DNA of 64,000 nucleotides from Bdellovibrionales bacterium (GTDB lineage Bacteria; Bdellovibrionota; Bdellovibrionia; Bdellovibrionales; UBA1609): NCBI GenBank assembly GCA_965242515.1, contig OZ251448.1, positions 163,117 to 227,116 of the forward strand, read 5' to 3'. Shown piece by piece: positions 57,028 to 64,000 of this stretch (position 1 is its first letter; each line of letters starts with the position of its first letter). The notes under the pieces were generated by a model. It saw only the letters and a program-made list of their open reading frames with translations, ran no database searches and was not told where the DNA came from. The position numbers and the translations under genes were made by a program.

Positions 57028-59988
57028 TTAAGAATCTAAGTCAGTGGAAGAAAGGGGAGGGCAGGAGCAAAACAAGTTAATATCACCATAAGCATTTTCT
57101 ATCCTAGATACAGGAGACCAAAATTTATGTTCTTTCACCCAATCTAAAGGGTAAAAAGCTTTTTGAGGTGAATAGGGGAAAGGCCATTTTTCACTCATAG
57201 CATCTTTAAACACATGAGGAGCATTTTTTAACACATTGTTTTTAATAGAGTATTTTTTATCTTCAATTTCTTTAATTTCTTTTCGTATTTCAATAAGAGC
57301 TAAGCAAAATCTATCTATCTCTTGTTTGTCTTCGCTTTCTGTAGGTTCTATCATTAGTGTGCCAGGTACTGGCCAACTCATAGTGGGGGCATGAAAGCCA
57401 TAATCTATTAATCTTTTTGCTATGTCATCCACTGTCACCTCTGCGGTGTTACGAAATTTTCTAATATCTATAATACACTCATGGGCTACTAACCCTTTTT
57501 TACCCGTATACAAAATTTTAAAATGCTTACTTAATTTACGAGCTATGTAATTAGCATTTAAAATAGCTGCCTGTGTAGCCTTGGCTAATCCTTTTGAACC
57601 CATAAGCTCTATGTAGGCTAAAGAAATCATTAAAATACCCGCACTACCCCAAGGGGCTGAACTCACGGCTGGGGCTATTGTGTTTTTATAACCCTCAACA
57701 GCATTGGAGGTTCGTGTTTTATCACTTGTGTTTCGTAATATAAAATGCTGAGGTAAAAAAGCTTTCAGTTTGTTTGTGACAGCCACAGGGCCTACCCCCG
57801 GCCCTCCCCCACCATGAGGAATACAAAAAGTTTTGTGTAAATTAAGGTGACACACATCTATACCCCACTCCGCAGGGCGACTAATACCAATAAGAGCATT
57901 CATATTCGCCCCATCTAAATACACCAAAGCTTTGGCTTTTTTGACTTCTTTAATGATAGAAAGTATATTTTCTTCAAACACACCAGAAGTAGAAGGATAA
58001 GTAATCATAAGAGCTGCGAGTGTGTCTTTATAAAATTGAATTTTTTTCTTTAAATCTGCTAAAGAGATATTACCTTGCTTGTCGCAAGCAACAGCCACAG
58101 GAGTTAAACCTGCCATTTTTGCACTGGCAGGATTGGTGCCATGAGCTGAAACAGGTATAAGACATATATTTCTCAATGCTTTTTTCATAGTTTTTTTTGC
58201 ATTATTGTCAACACTGTCAACACCCTCACGGGCTTTTGATTGATGATAAGCTTTAATGGCTAATAAACCTGCTAATTCCCCTTGAGAGCCAGCATTAGGC
58301 TGAAACGATATAGCAGAAAAACCTGTTATTTCACACAAATAATGTTCTAATTTGTTAATAACTTCTTTAAACCCCCTTGTATGCTCTTCAGGAGCAAAAG
58401 GATGTATGTTAGAAAAAGCAGACCATGTCATAGGCAATAACTCTGTTGTACTATTTAACTTCATTGTGCAAGAGCCTAAAGGAATCATCGAATGAGCTAA
58501 AGATAAATCCTGATTTTGTAAATAATGAATATATCTTAGTATTTGAGTTTCTGAATGGTACATGCTAAACACAGGATGCTTTAAACAAGGTGATGAGCGA
58601 AACATTTTTTTGTTTATCACTGATAAATGCTTGTTACTAGATGTGGGTTTACCCCCGGTTTGATAAGGCTTCGCATTTGTCAAAGATTGGTTTTTATAAC
58701 AATTTAAGGTGCTGATGAGTTGGTCCACATCTTTTTTCGTGGTGGTTTGATTGATAGAAAATGACAGTATTTTAGTTTTATCGTTTTCTAAATATTCATA
58801 CCCTAACCCTTTTTGCAATTTATAGTTTTTATCCACAGTGATTTGTACGGTGTCGAAAACATCTAAATGGCGAACATCCCACCCCCCTTCTTTTAAAATT
58901 TTAGCAAAATACAAAGCTAAAGTATGAACATGTAAAGCAATTTTTAAAAGCCTTTTTGGACCGTGGTATATGGCAACCATACCCACCACTGTTGCCAGTA
59001 GGGCTTGTGCAGTGCAAATATTACTGGTTGCCCTTTCGCGTCTAATATGTTGCTCTCTGGTTTGAAGGGCTAACCTCTTAGCAGATATGCCATGTCTATC
59101 TTTAGATAGCCCCACAATCCTCCCCGGTAAAGACCTTGCGTATTGTGTTTTTGTGGCAATATAAGCACAATGAGGACCACCAAACATCATCGGTAGCCCT
59201 AACCTCTGACACGAACCTACCGTTATATCAGCTCCCTGACTTGCAGGTGTTTTAAATAAACATAAACTTAAAAGGTCAGCACTAAAAATAGTGATAATTT
59301 TTTTTGATTGAGCAAGTTGGCACATACCCCCCCAATCTAATACCCTCCCCTGTGAACTGGGAGTTTGCACTAACACACAAAAAATGTCTTTATCGAAATC
59401 AGCCTCTTGTGCTAAACCCTCTACAATCTCTAAACCACAAGCCTTGGCACGAGTATAAACTACTTCTTTTGTTTGGGGGAAAACATACTGATCCATAAAA
59501 ATCTTATTGGCTGTCTGACTTGCACGATTGTTGTAAGCCATAGCCACAGCCTCTGCACAAGCCGTCCCCTCATCCAATAAAGACGCATTGGCTATGTCAT
59601 GCTCTGTTATTTCCATAATGGCTGTTTGAAAATTCAATAAAGCCGTAAGCCTCCCTTGAGCAATCTCTGGCTGATAAGGCGTGTACGAAGTAAGCCAAAC
59701 AGGATTTTCTAATATGTTTCTCTGAATAACCGTGGGTAACTCTGTGCCATAATAGCCCCGCCCTATGTAAGATTTAGTGACTTTATTCTTGCAGGCTATT
59801 TTCCAGATATAGTTTAACCACTCTGCCTCCGTTTTAGCTTTAAACGAAGCCCCAAGCTTTTTTGCTCTAATCTCCTCCGGAGTGGCATCACTAATAAGCC
59901 CCTCTAAAGAGCTATAACCTAATGCTGATAACATTTCTTGTATGTCACTAGCACTAAGACCAATGTGCCTATCTACAAAATTATCCAT
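57028..59988 (-). CDS. gcvP: glycine dehydrogenase (decarboxylating), single-chain P protein
   Basis: 986 aa. YIGRGYYGT..P.VI.RNI.ENP.W.T.YTPYQPEI.QGRL, the PLP-Lys context NLHKTFCIPHGGGGPG, and both the alpha- and beta-like halves are present. No gcvT or gcvH is adjacent. Confidence 0.96.
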   Translation of the reverse strand: MDNFVDRHIGLSASDIQEMLSALGYSSLEGLISDATPEEIRAKKLGASFKAKTEAEWLNYIWKIACKNKVTKSYIGRGYYGTELPTVIQRNILENPVWLTSYTPYQPEIAQGRLTALLNFQTAIMEITEHDIANASLLDEGTACAEAVAMAYNNRASQTANKIFMDQYVFPQTKEVVYTRAKACGLEIVEGLAQEADFDKDIFCVLVQTPSSQGRVLDWGGMCQLAQSKKIITIFSADLLSLCLFKTPASQGADITVGSCQRLGLPMMFGGPHCAYIATKTQYARSLPGRIVGLSKDRHGISAKRLALQTREQHIRRERATSNICTAQALLATVVGMVAIYHGPKRLLKIALHVHTLALYFAKILKEGGWDVRHLDVFDTVQITVDKNYKLQKGLGYEYLENDKTKILSFSINQTTTKKDVDQLISTLNCYKNQSLTNAKPYQTGGKPTSSNKHLSVINKKMFRSSPCLKHPVFSMYHSETQILRYIHYLQNQDLSLAHSMIPLGSCTMKLNSTTELLPMTWSAFSNIHPFAPEEHTRGFKEVINKLEHYLCEITGFSAISFQPNAGSQGELAGLLAIKAYHQSKAREGVDSVDNNAKKTMKKALRNICLIPVSAHGTNPASAKMAGLTPVAVACDKQGNISLADLKKKIQFYKDTLAALMITYPSTSGVFEENILSIIKEVKKAKALVYLDGANMNALIGISRPAEWGIDVCHLNLHKTFCIPHGGGGPGVGPVAVTNKLKAFLPQHFILRNTSDKTRTSNAVEGYKNTIAPAVSSAPWGSAGILMISLAYIELMGSKGLAKATQAAILNANYIARKLSKHFKILYTGKKGLVAHECIIDIRKFRNTAEVTVDDIAKRLIDYGFHAPTMSWPVPGTLMIEPTESEDKQEIDRFCLALIEIRKEIKEIEDKKYSIKNNVLKNAPHVFKDAMSEKWPFPYSPQKAFYPLDWVKEHKFWSPVSRIENAYGDINLFCSCPPLSSTDLDS

Positions 59989-60040
59989 TCTTTTATCTAT
60001 TACTTTTTTATTTATTGCCCTTTAGCATCTTTTGTGGCAG

Positions 60041-60288
60041 TGCCTGCCAACCATTCTCTGATCTAATGTATGTACTAAATAATAACATCAATTAATGCAA
60101 CTATATAATAACAACTTTTTGTTTCTACAAGGTGAAAAAACCTCACTCTAGAGCTTAGGAATACAACTTTATAGTTAAGAAAACCAAGCTCAAAACCAGT
60201 ATCGGATTTGATACAATGCGGTAAGCTGAAAGCTTAACGCTTTGTAGCAAAACGCAGTCCAAAGCTCTGGAGTGAGGTTTTCTCACCT
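60041..60288. repeat. composite repeat: L2 linker + nested A-module element
   Basis: 60041-60092 is the reverse complement of the L2 linker at 34884-34933. 60130-60288 carries 26-nt inverted ends (AGGTGAAAAAACCTCACTCTAGAGCT / AGCTCTGGAGTGAGGTTTTCTCACCT) with a second left end (GTTAAGAAAACCAAGCTCAAAACC) inside. Confidence 0.8.
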
Positions 60289-60324
60289 ATAAAGAAAGAG
60301 CTTTCTTGCTTAGCCTGGCTTACT

Positions 60325-62535
60325 CTAAAAAGTAAGTGTCGCCTTAAGGTAAGGGGCTGTTATACTGTGTGCCATGCCTGCTACTTGCTCTGGTGTACCC
60401 TGTGCCATAATTTGCCCTCCTTTACTACCACCTTCTGGTCCTAAGTCAATCAACCAGTCGCAAGCTTTAATAACATCAATATGGTGTTCAATAATAATAA
60501 CAGTACTGTTTTTTAAGGTGAGTTTTTTTAAAATAAAAATCAATCTACTAATATCATCAAAATGTAGCCCTGTGGTGGGCTCGTCTAATATATACAAAGT
60601 TTTACCTGTATTTTGTTTAGATAATTCGCGTGTGATTTTTATCCGTTGTGCTTCCCCTCCAGATAAAGTAGCTGAACTTTGCCCTAAAGTTAAATACCCT
60701 AAACCTACTTGTTCCATAAATGTTAATTGTTTTATTATGTTGTAATGGTTAGCAAAAAACTTACAGGCAGTTGTGATATTCATATTTAACACATCATAGA
60801 TGTTTTTACCCTTATATCGGATGTTTAAAATATCGTTTGAATATCTGGCACCATAACACTCATCACAAGGTATCAGGGTAGAAGGTAAGAACAGCATAGT
60901 TTGTTTTATCTGCCCTGTGCCTTTGCATTTTTCGCATCTACCCCCTGGGATATTAAAGCTAAAATCTTTTGCACTTGCACCACTAGCCTTTGCCATTGGT
61001 GTGTAAGAAAATAAATTACGGATGGCTGACATAACGCCAATGTAAGTGGCAGGCACCGACCGGGATGTTTTGCCAATAGGTTTTTGGCTTACTGCTATGG
61101 CTTTATCTATATGTTGCAAACCCTTTATTTCTTGATAAGAAGCAGGTTTAACCGATTGGTTGTTATATAAATGCCTTAAAAGTGCTTTATAAAGAGTATC
61201 TATAATAAGAGTGCTTTTTCCACTACCTGACACACCCGTAACACCTATTAAACAACCTAAAGGCAAACATGCTGTAATGTTTTTTAAATTTCTACCCCTT
61301 GCTTTTTTAATTTCTAACATATTGCCTGTTCCTTTATTTTGTTTTTGAGGGATAGTGATTTGTTTTTGCTTAGATAAATAAACCCCTGTTAGAGAACGAG
61401 GGTTTTGCATAATATCTTTTACAGAGCCAGAACATACCAACTTCCCCCCTTGAGCACCACCCCCTGGTCCTAAGTCAATAATATAGTCAGCCATGCGAAT
61501 GGTGGTTTCGTCATGCTCTACCAACAGTACAGTGTTACCTCTTTTTTTTAATAAGCGTAAAATGTCTAGTAGCTTGTGTTGGTCTTTGGCATGTAGACCT
61601 ATACTGGGTTCATCTAATATATACAACACACCTGTCAAAGGAGAGTTGGTTTGTCTGGCAAGTCGCACCCTTTGTGCTTCTCCCCCTGAAAGAGTGCAAA
61701 TAGACCTTCCTAAAGATAAATACCCTAAACCAATGGATTGTAGAATACGAATATGCTCTTGTATTTTTTTTAATATTTTGTCAGCGACAATTTTTATCGG
61801 CTTGTCAAAATGCAAGTTGGCACATAACTTACTTAATTGGTCTATAGTTAAATGGCTCCATTCACTAATATTTTTGCCTTTTATGGTAACTTGCAAAGCT
61901 TGTTCTTTTAACCTTAAGCCACAACAAACATGGCATGGGGTATTATCCACAGGTATTTCTATTTCTGTATCCGTAAAATTATTTATTGTATCCGGAGTTA
62001 AATACCCTAAGCCACGGCACACAGGGCATGCCCCCTTCGGGCTGTTAAAGCTAAACAACTTAGGCTCTAAAGGAGAAAAAAACCTATCACATTTAGCACA
62101 CACTAGTTTTGTGGTGTTAGCAAGGTGTTCTTCTCGCAGGGGGATTTTGTGTTGAGGGCAATGTGCCGTTCCTAATTTAGCAAATAACAAACGCACATAG
62201 TCGTAGCTTTCTGTCAGAGTGCCTACCGTAGAACGAGGGTTGGTGTTTAACACACTTTGTTCAATAGCCACTACAGGGCATAAACCTGTAATAGAGTCTA
62301 AGTCAGGTCGTTTGAGTTGCTCGATAAAATATTTAGCATAAGAAGATAAACTTTCTACATATCGCCTCTGACCTTCTGCAAAAATAGTGTCAAACACTAA
62401 AGAGGATTTACCACTCCCACTTACCCCTGTAACCACTGTTATTTTATTGTGCGGGATGAATACATTAAGAGATTTTAAATTATGCTCTCTTGCTCCATAC
62501 ACAAACACCCCTGCTTCATTTATTGCCTGCTTCAT
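60325..62535 (-). CDS. UvrA-family ABC ATPase paralogue lacking UvrB-binding and insertion domains
   Basis: 736 aa. Both ABC modules are present (GVSGSGKSS/GVSGSGKST Walker A; LSGGEAQR x2; ILDEP x2), as are the Zn modules (CPQH..CAKC; CPVCRGLG; CEKCKGTG..CDECYG). Between AHCPQHK and FSFNSPKGACPVC there are only ~35 aa, against ~140 in E. coli UvrA. Between GLGY and the next Cys pair (CHVCCG) there are only ~30 aa. Confidence 0.85.
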   Translation of the reverse strand: MKQAINEAGVFVYGAREHNLKSLNVFIPHNKITVVTGVSGSGKSSLVFDTIFAEGQRRYVESLSSYAKYFIEQLKRPDLDSITGLCPVVAIEQSVLNTNPRSTVGTLTESYDYVRLLFAKLGTAHCPQHKIPLREEHLANTTKLVCAKCDRFFSPLEPKLFSFNSPKGACPVCRGLGYLTPDTINNFTDTEIEIPVDNTPCHVCCGLRLKEQALQVTIKGKNISEWSHLTIDQLSKLCANLHFDKPIKIVADKILKKIQEHIRILQSIGLGYLSLGRSICTLSGGEAQRVRLARQTNSPLTGVLYILDEPSIGLHAKDQHKLLDILRLLKKRGNTVLLVEHDETTIRMADYIIDLGPGGGAQGGKLVCSGSVKDIMQNPRSLTGVYLSKQKQITIPQKQNKGTGNMLEIKKARGRNLKNITACLPLGCLIGVTGVSGSGKSTLIIDTLYKALLRHLYNNQSVKPASYQEIKGLQHIDKAIAVSQKPIGKTSRSVPATYIGVMSAIRNLFSYTPMAKASGASAKDFSFNIPGGRCEKCKGTGQIKQTMLFLPSTLIPCDECYGARYSNDILNIRYKGKNIYDVLNMNITTACKFFANHYNIIKQLTFMEQVGLGYLTLGQSSATLSGGEAQRIKITRELSKQNTGKTLYILDEPTTGLHFDDISRLIFILKKLTLKNSTVIIIEHHIDVIKACDWLIDLGPEGGSKGGQIMAQGTPEQVAGMAHSITAPYLKATLTF

Positions 62536-63467
62536 TTATTGATTTTACAAGCTACCTCAAAGGGGTGGAGACTTTCAAAATGTTTGACATATACCTGATA
62601 GTTGCTAATCCACGGCTTTTTGTTTAACAAAGATGTAATACGACGAGCCGAGTCTTCAGAAAACATAAGATTTTCGCTATTAAGTTTGGCAAACTCTTGT
62701 TCGTCCACCCTTTTAACTGCCGTTTGCACAGGGGTACCCAAGGCAAGCTCTACTTCGTTAATCAATGTTAATAAAGATTGCCTCTCTTTTGTGACTTTTA
62801 TCGTAATAATAGCCCGGCTTTTTTGTGCATGAGGAGTAGCAGAAATAGAACTTTCTTTACCCAACCACTCAGTAACTTGTTGCTTACTAACAGAAGAACT
62901 GGCAAAGCTTTTGTTAAATTTTTCTTGAATGAGGCTTCGGGCTAAACGAGCAGAACAAGGGCAAGTAGAACTATAAGTCACCTCAAAGCCCATCGCTAAA
63001 TCCATTAAGCCACCTTCTTTTAATGTGCCTTCGTAAAACACAGGGTAGCAACGCCACCCTTCTAAAAACTCGCTCTTTAACGCTTTTCTTTTTACAGGAT
63101 GTTGCCATTTAATTTTTAAATAAGCTTTTTTAGATAAGCCTTTTTGGGATTTTACTAAGTGCTTTAAAAGTGTTTTTATAGTGCTTAAAGTAAGAGGTGT
63201 TTTCTCTAAACAATTATGAAGTGCTAAATAAATGCGAGACATGTGAATGCCCCTTTTGTGTGGTGTGTCTAAAGATACCATAGCACTAATAACCGCAGGT
63301 AAAGACAAACACTTTTTTGTTTTTTTTGCAGTATTGTGTGGAATGCGAATAGGCATCTCTAACCCTTCAATACCCACCTGATCAATCGCCCCACTAATGG
63401 CAGGTTTTTGATTGGAAATATCTTCTTCTAGTTTTTTAATTTTTATTTTCATATCAGTGCTATTCAA
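62532..63467 (-). CDS. folE2: GTP cyclohydrolase FolE2 (type IB)
   Basis: 311 aa. DQVGIEGLEMPI, KRGIHMSRIY, YSSTCPCSARLA, PHAQKSRA and FESLHPFE match the COG1469/FolE2 pattern. There is an ATGA overlap with the downstream uvrA paralogue. Confidence 0.8.
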   Translation of the reverse strand: MNSTDMKIKIKKLEEDISNQKPAISGAIDQVGIEGLEMPIRIPHNTAKKTKKCLSLPAVISAMVSLDTPHKRGIHMSRIYLALHNCLEKTPLTLSTIKTLLKHLVKSQKGLSKKAYLKIKWQHPVKRKALKSEFLEGWRCYPVFYEGTLKEGGLMDLAMGFEVTYSSTCPCSARLARSLIQEKFNKSFASSSVSKQQVTEWLGKESSISATPHAQKSRAIITIKVTKERQSLLTLINEVELALGTPVQTAVKRVDEQEFAKLNSENLMFSEDSARRITSLLNKKPWISNYQVYVKHFESLHPFEVACKINK

Positions 63468-63477
63468 CTATTCTTTC

Positions 63478-64000
63478 TTATTTTTTTTGGTTAGTTTTAC
63501 TGGATGACGCAACAGATGAAGATGCACTATCATGATAATAATTTTTCGGAGTGCTACTTTCTTGAGAAGAAGATTGGCTGAGCTTAACATAAAGAGGAGT
63601 TCGGAAATGAGTGTCTTGTTGAGGGAATGCAATCACAATTTTATTTTGCCGAAATAGCTCATCAATACGGTAGCGGATGTCACTTGGGATTTGCCTTAGC
63701 TCAATAACCGTGTTGGCTTTAAACCAAAACGATAATGAAAAGTTTAAAGAATGATTGCCAAACTCATCAAATAATACTAAAGGTTTTGGTGATTTGAGAG
63801 TTTTTTTATGCTCCTCAGCTGCTTGTAAAAGTAACTTTTTAACCGTGAGTGTGGGAGAACCATAAATCACCCCTACATTGACAATACGACGCACTATGGA
63901 ATCAGATAGGGTCCAGTTAATGATGTTTTTTTCTAAAAAAGAGCTGTTAGGAACCACTATTTGCGTATTATCAATGGATTTTACTCGGGTGGCCCTTGCC
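63478..64000 (-). CDS. MscS-family mechanosensitive channel (3' part; gene runs off the window)
   Basis: The reading frame is open to the window edge (..ARATRVKSIDNTQIVVPNSSFLEKNIINWTLSD..RIVNVGVIYGSP...). This is the typical MscS beta-domain and C-terminal domain. The stop lies 10 nt before the folE2 start. Confidence 0.8.
   Translation of the reverse strand, partial: ARATRVKSIDNTQIVVPNSSFLEKNIINWTLSDSIVRRIVNVGVIYGSPTLTVKKLLLQAAEEHKKTLKSPKPLVLFDEFGNHSLNFSLSFWFKANTVIELRQIPSDIRYRIDELFRQNKIVIAFPQQDTHFRTPLYVKLSQSSSQESSTPKNYYHDSASSSVASSSKTNQKK

Noticed and set aside
1-64000. Search for a classical mobile genetic element, prophage, integron, toxin-antitoxin pair or restriction/defence island
   Set aside because: I recognised no transposase, integrase, recombinase, phage structural, Cas, restriction-modification or typical toxin-antitoxin ORFs in any frame. 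The three tRNAs are not flanked by integrase genes or obvious att-like direct repeats. The accessory character comes from the repeat-protein genes and the MITE-like repeats.

Overview
This is a visibly AT-rich chromosomal segment of a diderm (Gram-negative-type) bacterium. It holds about 60 protein genes and 3 tRNAs. I found no rRNA, no CRISPR, and no transposase, integrase or phage genes I can recognise. A housekeeping backbone runs through the window: rpsO-pnp; rpsL-rpsG-fusA-lysC-lysA; scpA-scpB; mutS; resB/ccs1; miaB; guaB; murE; dut; gcvP; folE2 plus a short uvrA paralogue; and an mscS fragment at the right edge. Interleaved with it are accessory genes dominated by repeat proteins carrying Sec signal peptides: 2 ankyrin-repeat and 7 HEAT-like proteins. 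The centre of the window (38.7-47.5 kb) is a type II secretion pseudopilin/assembly-platform operon (gspG-H-I-J-K-L-M-N-like). It lacks gspC/D/E/F/O in this window and is bracketed on the same strand by five of the HEAT genes, three of them tandem paralogues. Most worth follow-up: (1) the association of the T2SS operon with secreted HEAT/ANK genes. (2) A short Cys-containing tag at or near one terminus of all nine repeat proteins (C-terminal in eight, N-terminal in one). (3) A GGG-TGTAAA-N-TTTACA palindrome centred 89-153 nt upstream of seven of these genes or operons. (4) A modular family of palindromic intergenic repeats (MITE/REP-like) that fills most long intergenic regions and is inserted twice inside the T2SS operon. 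(5) A C11 homopolymer inside a Bor-like lipoprotein gene, a possible phase-variation switch. (6) A 736-aa UvrA paralogue lacking the UvrB-binding and insertion domains, translationally coupled to folE2. The taxon cannot be assigned from the sequence alone. The ANK/HEAT load and repeat-ridden intergenic DNA suggest a host-associated or predatory lifestyle, but that is inference. All functional calls come from my reading of motifs in the supplied translations and of the nucleotide sequence; no database search was run.
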